Shown here: positions 1-13,200 of the stretch, piece by piece
How the letters are laid out: the number at the start of each line of letters is the position of its first letter
Numbering within the stretch: position 1 is the first letter of the stretch
From: Macrostomum lignano
Lineage: Eukaryota
Length of the DNA: 64,000 nucleotides
Direction of reading: 5' to 3'
Assembly: GCA_002269645.1 (NCBI GenBank)
Contig: NIVC01002393.1
Coordinates: 1-64,000, forward strand
Position numbers and translations under genes: made by a program
The notes under the pieces: generated by a model
What the model saw: only the letters and a program-made list of their open reading frames with translations
Database searches by the model: none
Told to the model about the DNA's origin: nothing

Positions 1-3000
1 GTTAGACAGAGAGATCCAGTGTTCTTGATGCCGCTCTTCCTTGTCAAAGACGCTCCACTCTACCACCATGATGTCGTCCAGGACGAGCCAGTTCGGCTCA
101 ATCTGACCGAAAGTCTCGCTTGCTGAAAACGAGCAGTCTCGATCTCGGGAGTGTGTCGTCATCAGAAACTTGCTCGACTCAGTCAATGTCGTAAGACCTA
201 ATGGTTGTAAAAATTTTTGTCAAATATTCAGCAAAGTTTATGCACGATCGACGCTATATGATTACGTCATGCCCGCCGCTCACCTTCTTATTCACAGTTT
301 CCACAAACACTCTTTAGACGTAATGCCCGTTGGCAAGCTTCCAATAGGTGTCGCCCAAACTTCCTTTCGAAAGTTTGTGATCCAGGCTATAACATCCGCG
401 AGTCAGACTCTTCGCGACGACTCCGCAACGGTGATATGCAATGTCGGACTCTGGATCGTTGAAACCGATAGCGAAAACTCTAGCATGAGCTAACATTAAA
501 AGTACAGCATGCATTTTAGGCTATGAGTGGCTTTCAATATCAAGTCATATGATAAAATGTTACTAAAACACATTTACTCACCTTGACGCAGGTACTGTTG
601 GTTTGCGTCGCTTGAACCAATCAAGAATGATCCGTTCAATCGGAGGTGTGGAATCCAAAATGACACCATCGGAAGACGCCAAAACAAAAGAGATCCCCCG
701 CGTTGCACCTTTGTACATTGACAAAGTACCTCTGTCCAGGTTTGCAAACGCAGTGTCAATCTTTATACCTGAAGTAAGCAAACAGTACGTCTTATTCTTT
801 GTTAGAGTTAGTAATGAGCTCATAATTAGCTTCGTTTTGACTTACTGTTCGAACACCAGGCGTGAAGATACGGCATCACGTCTTGGCAACCTGACATGAT
901 CATCGCCACTGAATAGTCCCTCACGTGACTGTGAGATCATGGAAGTCGGTCCATTTTGCTGAGATGCCGTCCATAATTGAACCGAAAGTTGCAATCGGTG
1001 CTGTTTGATACGGTCGGCGATATCGATCACGCGATCCAGCTACTGGTGACTTCTGTCTACGAGCACTGGCTTCGAGTGGTCGTCGATATAAGTCCGGCAA
1101 AAGTTCTCAGCTCTCAGCACACCCAGTATCGTGCTGTCCGTCTCTGGATATTGACAGCTCTTGGTTTCCACCAAACACACTCGCCATCTGATTCAGTGTA
1201 CGAAATGACATCAGGACGACCGGCGAAGATCCGAGACCGACCCAGTAGCGACGAATCCCGCGACGGGCAGAGAATCTACCGTTCCAGCACACTCTTGGCC
1301 ATTGCTGTTCGAGATTACATGCCGCAGACCACAGAGATAGCTGCTGAGATTGGACTTAGGACGCGTGCAGCACCACTCGGCCACGATGATCGACCGGGTT
1401 TGACGCAGACTCTCGCGACCGATGATGAGTCAGACAGCTGGAGCATAAGGCACAAGTCAATAGAAGCTCAGTAGTTTATTTGCGAAATTCAATCTTCACT
1501 TACCTCTCACCGGACAAAGTAGACTGACCTTCTGAAGGACTCCCTTGAGCTGACTCACAATCACACTGCGAGCACCGCCGACGTTTCCAATCGATTACAT
1601 CAAACCGGAGCGAATGACCAATGCAGTATCGTAGTACTTTATGTCAGTCACGTGCGGCATGTCCGTAGACGTTCCAGACTCGAATCCTGACCACTCGAGA
1701 AGAAACTCAGTCACAGATGACTGCAAACAATGAATTAATTCATTAAAACATCTACTTTGTAAAACTTACTGCAAAATCGACACATTCACTTACCAGCATC
1801 TGATTGGCAAATCGTCCATTCACTGCGATCCTGGCTTCGGTTGCTACATCTCCAAGCACAGTGACGCCATCGCTGCACTCGCTTCAACTCAGGCAACAGC
1901 TGAGTGAACTCTCAAATTGCAGCAAAGTTTCGTTAGCGTGAATGCACACGTGAACCGAGTCCCTGGTTGAAGCTGAACTCCAGGAACGTTCACGAACTCA
2001 TCCCGAGTAAAGCCGCCTGCGATCGCATTCGCGTGACTCGTCGGCCGTTTTGGCGGCTCAAGCAGAATTCGGTCATAGTAACCGGAGCCTCCGGCCACTG
2101 GCTGCTAGAACAGCCCATTCGTAGTTCTGTAAGGATTATATCCTATTTTGGTAACCTATGCATGTATGCCTTTTAAAGCTTGTTTCGAATGGAATCCCGT
2201 TCTCTCACCAAATATCTCAGCTGGGCCACACCGCTGCAAGTCGAGCGCTCGAGTTTGAGTAGTCCACGTCATCGACCATCCATTGGTCATTCTCTCAAGC
2301 TTCACTGCCCGATCGCGTCCATCACGTTCGATTACTTATCACTTCGGTCGTACGCGCTGCAGTCTCTCAGCTCTCTACTGTCTACAGTCGACAGGCCTGC
2401 CTTGTTGAAGCAGCGAATCGCAAAAGGATGCATTTCGTCGATTTCAGAGGCCACGGTAGAGATATAGATTTAGTCATAAGTTATAAATAGTCAAATTAGG
2501 AGGTAGCTACATACCACCATTGTTTCATTGTTTCAAGTGAAGCAGCACCTACCGAGTTACTCGAATCAAGTTTCAATTCCGTCCATTGTACGATGTTGGC
2601 ACCATCGTGTTGCAATGACCACTGGTATCCGCTGATAACACTGCTTCCTGCTGATCCTAGCTGCTTGAACTCGTCCATCTGCACTGTGATCTGAAACAAA
2701 AGAAAATATTCTTGTTTAGACGCAATAAATGCATTTGTGACAGAGTATGTTGTTCAGCATACTGTCTGGTTGTCAGCCTCAAGATTGACACTCCACGCTC
2801 CAGCCACTGGGGACGTGTGCAGGACCACAAAGTCTGGAGCAGTCTCGACCTCTGAGCAAACTTCACCATGACAGAGCTTCATTCTCGATCGGTAAGTGGC
2901 CCCATCGATGAGGTGCAAATTCGTGACGAGGACCGTCTCGCCCGAGTGCGGGACGCGTCTAAACTCTTCCACTGTGATCCAATCTAAAGCGAGTGGGTCA

Positions 3001-6000
3001 ACACGGGAAGCAACTCAGTCTACTTGCAGATAAACAAGGAGAAATGATTTTTCTACCGTACCGTCTCCTCGCTTCAACTCGAGACCCCAACTGACGTCGT
3101 GAAACAGCAGATCGAGGGGTGATTTCGGCTTTGTCCACTTCAAACCAACCGTGGACAAAGAGCTTTGGAAATTATCCGTCAGCGACCCATCATTGTCGGG
3201 TCTCCAGTTCACAGGTTTCAACTCGAGGAGGGGCTCTCGAGACTCGACAGTAACACCGCTTGACTCTGCAGAGACGCTTCCGACCACATTCGATGCTGTT
3301 ACTCGAGTAAAGTAGGTCTGAAGCGTAATCAAACAGAAGAGACATAATTTGAATGAATGAAACCATTTCGAGTCTGAATCGAACGACTGTGTATAAGCTT
3401 GCCTTGAATACATCCAACTTGAGTCCGTCAAACTGATGTCGAGTTGCATTTGAAGGGAGGGTCACAGATGCGAGCTCCTTGTGCTGAGAATCCACAACCG
3501 AAACATGGAACTCGTTTGCGAATTTGAATCCGGTCCATCGCGACCTTAGCGAGTCCGATCGCAGCTGATACTGAATGTCGTGTGGTGTCTAAAATTGAGC
3601 ATGTCAGTGTTTTCTTCGTGTACTCAAAATTCACGCTAAAATACACAACTGGTATCTTTTAGGCTATCAAAGTACCACTTTACCCCGAGCATTGAGTCCG
3701 AGTCGATACTCGGATCCTCGTCAGTAACGAAACCGACACTGGGAAGTCGGTTGTTATGTACAATTGGCTCAGCGAATGCAACAGTTCTTAGCTGAGCTTC
3801 ATTGGTGCATCGAATGGACACGTAGTATGTGTGATCGCCGATTAAACTCCAGTCAAGCTGGCTCAGCTCCAGAGATGCGCAAGTCACTGGCGTGTGAATG
3901 TGACTGCACTCAGGTCCTTGCTTGACCCTCTCGAAATGAACAATGTCTGTAGAGTGCTCCTTGCTGCCTATAAAATTAAACCATGAGAACTAAGCGATGC
4001 ATTGCCTTAATCTCCAGTATGAGATAACAGATTGACAGACACTAACCGACTCCGATCTCAAACTCGAGCGACTCGCACTCCGGATCTACGAAGTCGCCCG
4101 CATCCCAACGGACTAACAAGTGCTCATTGTTGGTACTGACGGACAATGAGCCCGAGAAGCTCGGTGGACTGGTGTCTACAGTCAGTGGTCCGACACTCTA
4201 AAATGATACGAACAAACATTCACCGTTTCATAGCAGGCAGTCTAGATAAGTTGCAGTGTAAATCTCACCATGTTTGACGACAGTCCCGCTCTGTTTACTG
4301 CCGCTATTGTCACGTAGATCTGCTGACCATCTTTCAAATCAATGTGCTCGAGAATTTCGCTAGAGTGTGTCGTGACTACGCGATTGGCAAGATCAGACAC
4401 GGAGTCCTCGTTGCTCACTACTGACACGATGGAGTGCCTCAGTCCGGAAACACTGTCGGAGGCAATCCAGCTTAGTTTCAGCTGAAATGCAGTGCCTGCT
4501 CTCTGATAAGAAGCTTCTTCTCAAAAATACTCAGCAATACACGCGCCTTACCCTGTCGTCCTTGGTGAGATAGAACTCAGTTCCAGCTGGTCCGATTTGC
4601 TCACAGAACTCTCCTTCGTGAGTGAGCACTACAGTGCGATTGAACTTGCTGAGATCAAGTGCCAGAACTCCACTGTCCGCCATCACGGTTGCTCGAGCTC
4701 TGAAAAAGAGACGCTTTCCATTATTAAAGACCTCTGATCACAGGAGCTAATTAGCAGACTGTTGGCTCTACCTGCACGTCTCATTATCGTTTAGAAGCTT
4801 CTGTCTGCGACCAAGGTCGGTCAGGTACCAGAGCTCCTGCGAGCTGGCGTCCAGGATGAGTCCTGGACGGACTCGAAGACTCTCGATGCTACACTCGCTC
4901 ACTTCTGGCCTTTGATCCGTGATCAGGACTCCGTCAGAGCACACAGCGGCAGATGGCTCCATCGCGTTGTTGAAAGCGACTACCGTGACGAAGTACCGAC
5001 CAGGACCAGGAGCCTCCCAGCTCGCCTCAAGACCCGTCGTCTCTTGGATGAGTTGCGACTCTGACTGACAGGATACTCCGAAGCCGTATCTGTACATTCG
5101 TACTCCGCTCTCGGGATCAAAGAAGCCGCTCCAGTGCGCCGTTAGGTGTCGCCCGTTCTGGAAGTCGACCTCTTCATCGCCAGGCGCGCCGTCGAACACG
5201 TGGCCAGGATGAGGAGCAGACAAATCGATGCTAATCTTCATCACGCTGCTCGCGACCAACTCCGCTCCGTTTGTAACTGTGAGTCGAATGTGCAATTCGT
5301 GGTTGTGCTCCGTTGTGGCATTTGTGTTTGGCGATGCCGCAAAGAATGAGTTGTAGCAGCCAGTAGCTTGAGTGCAGTAGCAGTTGTCTGGTCTCTCGGA
5401 ATCTCTTTGGCACAGCTGGAAGCAATCCGGCACTTACAAATCATTTGCCTGTTTCTACAGTCATTTTTTAATAAGCTTTCTTACCGAGAGACTGTCGAAA
5501 TGTCTCCGTCCTTCCATGTTGGAGTACATCTGCACAATCTCGTCAGTGTGGTTGTCGAAGATCTCCCACAGCACAGTGTGCAAGCCGCTGTGCAAGTCGG
5601 ACGCGGTCCAGTGAGCTCTACAAACGGGGCAAAAATGTCATGGCACTCGAGTCCATATCAGCAGTTTTTGCATTCAAACGGACTCACCTCAAACTGTGTA
5701 GGTTTCTGCTGTGGTGCACAACGAGCCCCTCGACGCCTCTGTTAGTTAGACTGAGCGTCCCTAACTCGGCAGGTGAGGAGTCGATGTGCATGAGGAAGCT
5801 GTTCACACGGCTGTTGCCCATCACATCCTCGCCAATCACCCAGAACTTTGCTGACTCGCCGTCTCGTCTATCGAAACGAAAGCTCTGCATCTGGGCGTGA
5901 ATGTCGGTGGTGGTGAGCCACCGGCTTTGATCCGGCTGTTGCAGACTGCGACCACCGACCGCGTCCACTCCGAACTGGGACGCGAAGCGCACAACTCCGT

Positions 6001-9000
6001 GCACGTTGTCGATCGGGTGGATGCTCCGAGGTCCGGAAGTCTGATCGTAGCCGTCACCGTAGAACTCCGGCACATGCTCGATCGGTAGCAGAAAGCCTTG
6101 ACCTGTGTGCACCTCGTTGATCAGGTTGTCCGTCCATCGGAACGCGATGTTTCCGTCAAGCCGTCGAAGCCACCACAATCCTCTATTGTTGACGGTATCG
6201 TCTACACCGAGAGGATAGCGCTCGTCCCTGCTTTCCACGCTCGACGAGTTATCAAAGATAAAGAAGCGTCTGCTGCGTCTCACATTCTTGATCGAGTTCC
6301 TGACCGCATCACGCACCGTCACCACAACAGTGTAGACCGACGGCTCGTCGGGAGGCAAGTCAAAGTGAACACTGAACTCTCGGTTTCCGCCATTTCGTCT
6401 CTCTTCCTCGCCCTCGCCATTCAAATCAATGATTTTGTGCTCAGAGCCCGCCATCTCGTTCTCCTTCAGCACCTCTCCGACTTTGTGCATGAGCTTGAGC
6501 TCAATGTCGTACTGCAGAACTCCAGCGTGATCGTCTCTCCAGCCTCCGAATTTACCGTTGATTTGATTCTATAAAAGTACGTTAGCGCATTCTTAGATAT
6601 GTTTCAACGATCAACAACATGTCATTTCAAGCCTCATACCTGCTTGGTGAAGGCTTCGCTAAGCTCAAGCATTCGCTGGTCGAATGGCTGAGTGCAGGGT
6701 CGAGCTCCGTGTCCCGCCACTGTGCAGTGGTACGGCAGGCTGTAGTCAAACACGAATGTTCCAGCCTGAGTAAACGACTCTCCGGTGAGAAATCTCGGAT
6801 GCGTGGCTCCTCTGGCGTCAAGGTCAGCGACAGTGACGAAGCCGCCGTTGTACACCGAGTACGTGTACTTGAGCGAGTGTCCGGACTGCAGCTGCCAGCC
6901 GGCCGGAGGCAGCTGGTTCAGCTGTCCGGTAAAGGCGCGTTCTGCGAGCTTCGGGTTAGACGGGCTGATCCCAGTCTCTTCCAGAGGACCGATCAAGTTG
7001 TCGGGAAAGTTCTCTGCAATGAAGATGCGGCACTTAGCTTACCTAGCCGAAAGTATAGCTAGGTACTGTATGTCCACGTGTGTGAAACTCACGGTTTCCG
7101 GACAGTACGAAAGCGAAATTTTCTCGCACAAGGCCGATCTTGTAACCGGACGGTGGGATGAAGTGTTCGCGAGGACCCGGACTGGATATTGTGGGCTTGA
7201 AGCGGCTTGTTGCTGTCCACTCAAGCTGGATTTTCCTGTTTGGAGCTGACAAGGTGAATATTTCAGTGAAAAAATAACTACATTAGCGTATGGCTATCAG
7301 ATGGCTATGGTTTTGGATCACTTACCTGGTTTAGTATTAATATAGTTCACCGAGTTTGGTGATTTATGGAAGTCAATTGTAACATCGTCCTTCGGTGCTG
7401 AAAAAATCGTTAGGAAATTTTATATCTTAAAAAAACTATGAATTTCTAAGGCTCCAGGCATCTACCTACTGGTTCCATCCGGAGGAATTCTCACTGTCAT
7501 TGTCGCAGTCAGTACCGTTGGCTTCGTGACAACTGAAAGTCAATACGGTATGCTAGTATATCCAAGATGAATCTTTTTTATGTTTCAATTCTGCAAATCC
7601 AGGTTGTCTTATTGTGGTTTGTTTACTTTTTAGACAGTCCCTCGCTCCAGGTGTCGATGTGAAGCCGGCATCGCACTGGCACTCCGTGTGATACCCGTTG
7701 CACACGCCTGGAAAGCACAGTTTGTGCTCTCGCCTCCACGAGCAGGTTTCTGCAGTTTAATTCGAATCTATGACGACTTTATTTTAACCCTCAAATGTTT
7801 GTCTTAGGCTTTGGTAAACTATTACCTATAGGTGGGAACTCCATACGGAACTTATCCGAGCCCAAAGAGTCAGACCGAACTAGAGGGTCTCTTCTCAGGA
7901 GGGGGCAGAGTAGCTCAGGTGTTAAGACGTGACTTTCGCTTTTTTCCATACAAGGATCACGATGGCGAAACCTCAAGGCACAGACAGTGTTCACGACAGA
8001 GAAAGTCTTGGCAGTTGTAACAGCCTGTATGAGCACGTGCCACTATAGGTATGTCTCATATGTGTGCTCAGAAGTCAGCGCAATCAAAGTATTGTATCAG
8101 ATACTTGCTGTCTCACTCTTTGGCAGCTCTCCAAAGGTCCCCTCAATGTTCAGTTTGTTACAACAAGCTCATGGTTGAGCCGTGAAAGTGAGGCCTAATT
8201 TTAACTCACCAATGCAAGCCTTCCGATCGCTACTCAGCTTGTACGCCTGACCCTTTGGTCCGTGATCGAACATGCAAATCTGGCAGGTCATCGTCTCTAT
8301 CGCGCTCGGCAAATGCGTGCAGTAAGTCAGCGCGCAGAACGGAACTTGTGGACACACTGAAATTGGGTTTACGTACGGATCGTCTGTCTCTGCATGCACG
8401 TTTCTGTGACTTTTAAATGAAGCTTTACACAAGCTATGAGCCACCACTCACAGTCGCAGCGGGGACTGTAGTGAGTCGGATTGCAGTTGGAGCAGAAGTC
8501 CGGACTGTTGCAAGAGCCGCCATTGGGGCAGTACTGCAGGCGGCCGAAGCAGATTGCTGGAATAGATAAGGAAGTTTCGATTAGAGACATTGACTACTGG
8601 GCACAGTAGTGCGTTATGTACTTTCAGTATCTTTCGATTTAGAATATAAAACTATTTATTACCTAATATGGATGGAACTTGTACAAGTTCACGAACAATG
8701 ACCAATGTTTTATTATTACTATTTTGGTTACTTAAAAATGTATCAACGGCAATAATTAGTAAGGCTTGACTCTAATGACCTGCATACTGCATCCAGGTAA
8801 AACAATTCTTCGTTAATCCCAATTTGGCTTTACATATAGCTGAAAAACTTGAATAAACCTTGAGCTTTTCAAATAGACAAGATATTTGCTTGTTTGCTTG
8901 ACTATCTGTTCACTGCTTTGGAAAACGTTTGCTTCCAACAATAGAAGAAAGGGGCAGCAAAATCTAGAACACCAGTTTACCCTAAAATTACCCGGCTAGT

Positions 9001-9780
9001 ACAGAAATCTAGAAATCTGTAGGTCAAGTTTCGTTTGCTACAGAAGGAAAAAAAAGTCTTCTGACCGAAACCCAGACGTGAATATTCTACTCGTAAATGC
9101 ACTCACCGCGTAGACAGGACGGCTCTCCAGTATAGCGACTCCAACCGGGACAGCAGTCCTGATAATTGACTATAACCGTTCGAGAGTTCTGCCGTCTTCG
9201 CCACCAGCTGCCCCGTCTGTTTTTTGTAATTTCAACAAATGCATAATTAGTAAAAGTTCAAGGTGTCTAGACAAATAAGCAACAGCAAAAACAACGCGGC
9301 AATCGTTCGTACGATCGATAGTATTGCGTCTTGCTTCTCTGATAGGTGCACAGGTTAGATCGAGTAGACCGCTTGGTTACTCGAGTCGTATTGTACAGCT
9401 CCTCGAGGATGTCGGTCTCGGCGTACTGGAAATTGTCGCGCATTGACGTTGGCGAATCGACAAACTTCAGATCGTCTCCGCCGATGTCAAACAAACTGTC
9501 TGTCTCATTGAAGCCGAGACAGCCGCTGTGGGAAGGATTTTAGGATTTGCGGTGCTGTGGTACCCATGGAACTAGCTAACTAGCTAACTAACAAACCAAC
9601 CAACTAACTAACTAAGTAACTAAATATTCTAAAACGAAATGTTTCTTTAGGTATATATTAGTCTATAATGATAATATTGATTAGTTTTAGCGTATTTTGA
9701 AGCCAAAATCGTAAGTACAAAGTATTTGTCAACCCTCACCCGATCAGAACGGCCAGTAAAATCAGTCGATTCGTCAGCAT
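1..9780 (-). CDS. Large secreted EMI/EGF plus multiple FN3/Ig-like repeat protein of an uncharacterised invertebrate family; multi-exon, 3' end outside the window, frame-disrupted in places
   Basis: Hand-spliced exons in transcription order: 9780-9740 (MLTNRLILLAVLIG, signal-peptide-like), 9571-9313, 9216-9107 (QDCCPGW), 8546-8452 (CPNGGSCNSPDFCSNC), 8356-8210, about 8042-7950 (degenerate), 7749-7627 (TCSWR..C.C..GF), 7532-7470, 7397-7326, 7245-7043, 7013-6640, 6568-5688, 5617-5485, 5415-4772, 4699-4552, 4481-4269, 4197-4047, 3967-3684, 3588-3403, 3317-3062, 2983-2763, 2690-about 2520, about 2450-2209, 2126-1794, 1720-1504, about 1480-846, 768-582, 479-284, 197-1. Splice phases are consistent from 7013 to 2763. 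Recurrent repeat motifs: DxS/TPP..G.V.DG, W.GF.D.ESG, V.A.N.AGL, SSDGV. Confidence 0.8.
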
Positions 9781-10290
9781 GACATTAAGCAGTCGGTAAT
9801 TCTGACAACGAAACCGACACGAGAAGTTAATGTCGTTCAAATAGCCGAATTTGTACAGTCAAATTTTCAGTTATAACTTTCTGGCCTTCTTTGAGAGCTT
9901 TATCTCTAACTGCTAAGAAATTTTGGCTCTCGCTTTTGATATTAGCCTTTGGCTTGGTCAAACAGATAACATTATCAGTTGAAATTGATTCGCCGAAGAA
10001 AAAAACTAACAACAGAGCCTCTGTGTACTCCTCTGTGCCTGGTCTATCACTACAGAAACTTTCTATTTGGACAAGTTATATTCCAAGCCAATTATTTCGG
10101 AGCATGCTTGGTTCAGTATTATAGAGTAGTCGATGAGAAAAGTTCACTGCACAGGTGCTAAAAATGGGTGATTGGAAAGTGTTTATACATTGTAGCTGCC
10201 TAAATATTAATTGGCGTGTTAACATTGGTTATACCGGTGCCAATATTGATGTGTATGGAAATAAAATTGACGCAAACTGTTCTACGATTG

Positions 10291-13200
10291 TTGTAAAAAG
10301 CAGTAATATTGATGTAAAAAGCAGCAATATTGATGTAAAAAGCAGTAATATTGATGTAAAAAGCAACAATATTGATGTAAAAAGCAGCAATATTGATGTA
10401 AAAAGCAGCAATATTGATGTAAAAAGCAGTAATATTGATGTAAAAAGCAGCAATATTGATGTAAAAAGCAGTAATATTGATGTAAAAAGCAGCAATATTG
10501 ATGTAAAAAGCCACAAGATTGATGTAAAAAGCAGCAATATTGATGTAAAAAGCCACAAGATTGATGTAAAAAGCAGTAATATTGATGTAAAAAGCAGCAA
10601 TATTGATGTAAAAAGCAGTAATATTGATGTAAAAAGCAGTAATATTGATGTAAAAAGCAACAATATTGATGTAAAAAGCCACAAGATTGATGTAAAAGCA
10701 ACAATATTGATGTAAAAAGCAGCAATATTGATGTAAAAAGCAGCAAGATTGATGTAAAAAGCAACAATATTGATGTAAAAAGCAACAAGATTGACGTAAA
10801 AAGCAACAATATTGATGTAAAAGCAACAATATTGATGTAAAAAGCAACAATATTGATGTAAAAGCAACAATATTGATGTAAAAAGCAACAAGATTGATGT
10901 AAAAAGCAGCAATATTGATGTAAAAATCAGCAATATTGATGTAAAAAACAACAATATTGAAGTAAAAAGCAACAATATTGATGTAAAAAGCAACAATATT
11001 GATGTAAAAATCAGTAATATTGATGTAAAAAGCAACAATATTGAAGTAAAAATCAGCAAGATTGATGTAAAAAGCAACAATATTGATGTAAAAAGCAACA
11101 AGATTGACGTAAAAAGCAACAATATTGATGTAAAAGCAACAATATTGATGTAAAAAGCAACAATATTGATGTAAAAGCAACAATATTGATGTAAAAAGCA
11201 ACAAGATTGATGTAAAAAGCAGCAATATTGATGTAAAAAGCAGCAATATTGATGTAAAAAGCAGTAATATTGATGTAAAAATCAGCAATATTGATGTAAA
11301 AAACAACAATATTGAAGTAAAAAGCAACAATATTGATGTAAAAAGCAACAATATTGATGTAAAAATCAGTAATATTGATGTAAAAAGCAACAATATTGAT
11401 GTAAAAATCAGTAATATTGATGTAAAAAGCAACAATATTGATGTAAAACGCAACAAGATTGATGTAAAAAGCAGCAATATTGATGTAAAAAGCAGCAATA
11501 TTGATGTAAAAATCAGTAATATTGATGTAAAAAGCAGCAATATTGATGTAAAAAGCAACAAGATTGATGTAAAAAGCAACAATATTGATGTAAAAAGCAA
11601 CAATATTGATGTAAAAAGCAACAATATTGATGTAAAAATCAGCAATATTGATGTAAAAAACAACAATATTGATGTAAAAATCAGTAATATTGATGTAAAA
11701 ATCAGCAATAATGAAGTAAAAAGCAACAATATTGATGTAAAACGCAACAAGATTGATGTAAAAAGCAGCAATATTGATGTAAAAAGCAACAAGATTGATG
11801 TAAAAAGCAACAATATTGATGTAAAAAGCAACAATATTGATGTAAAAAGCAACAATATTGATGTAAAAATCAGCAATATTGATGTAAAAAACAACAATAT
11901 TGAAGTAAAAAGCAACAATATTGATGTAAAAAGCAACAATATTGATGTAAAAATCAGTAATATTGATGTAAAAAGCAACAATATTGAAGTAAAAATCAGC
12001 AAGATTGATGTAAAAAGCAACAATATTGATGTAAAAAGCAACAAGATTGACGTAAAAAGCAACAATATTGAAGTAAAAATCAGCAAGATTGATGTAAAAG
12101 CAACAATATTGATGTAAAAAGCAACAATATTGATGTAAAAGCAACAATATTGATGTAAAAAGCAACAAGATTGATGTAAAAAGCAGCAATATTGATGTAA
12201 AAAGCAGCAATATTGATGTAAAAAGCAGTAATATTGATGTAAAAATCAGCAATATTGATGTAAAAAACAACAATATTGAAGTAAAAAGCAACAATATTGA
12301 TGTAAAAAGCAACAATATTGATGTAAAAATCAGTAATATTGATGTAAAAAGCAACAATATTGAAGTAAAAATCAGCAAGATTGATGTAAAAAGCAACAAT
12401 ATTGATGTAAAAAGCAACAAGATTGACGTAAAAAGCAACAATATTGATGTAAAAGCAACAATATTGATGTAAAAAGCAACAATATTGATGTAAAAGCAAC
12501 AATATTGATGTAAAAAGCAACAAGATTGATGTAAAAAGCAGCAATATTGATGTAAAAAGCAGCAATATTGATGTAAAAAGCAGCAATATTGATGTAAAAA
12601 GCAACAATATTGATGTAAAAAGCAACAAGATTGACGTAAAAAGCAACAATATTGATGTAAAAGCAACAATATTGATGTAAAAAGCAACAATATTGATGTA
12701 AAAGCAACAATATTGATGTAAAAAGCAACAATATTGATGTAAAAAGCAGCAATATTGATGTAAAAAGCAGCAATATTGATGTAAAAAGCAGCAATATTGA
12801 TGTAAAAAGCAACAATATTGATGTAAAAAGCAACAAGATTGACGTAAAAAGCAACAATATTGATGTAAAAGCAACAATATTGATGTAAAAAGCAACAATA
12901 TTGATGTAAAAGCAACAATATTGATGTAAAAAGCAACAAGATTGATGTAAAAAGCAGCAATATTGAAGTAAAAAGCAGCAATATTGATGTAAAAAGCAGT
13001 AATATTGAAGTAAAAAGCAACAATATTGATGTAAAAAACAACAATATTGAAGTAAAAAGCAACAATATTGATGTAAAAAGCAACAATATTGATGTAAAAA
13101 TCAGTAATATTGATGTAAAAAGCAGCAATATTGATGTAAAAAGCAACAAGATTGATGTAAAAAGCAACAATATTGATGTAAAAAGCAACAATATTGATGT

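Noticed and set aside
9827-10150. Short minus-strand ORF upstream of the giant gene
   Set aside because: It has in-frame stops upstream and no recognisable motif, and a better signal-peptide exon starts at 9780.
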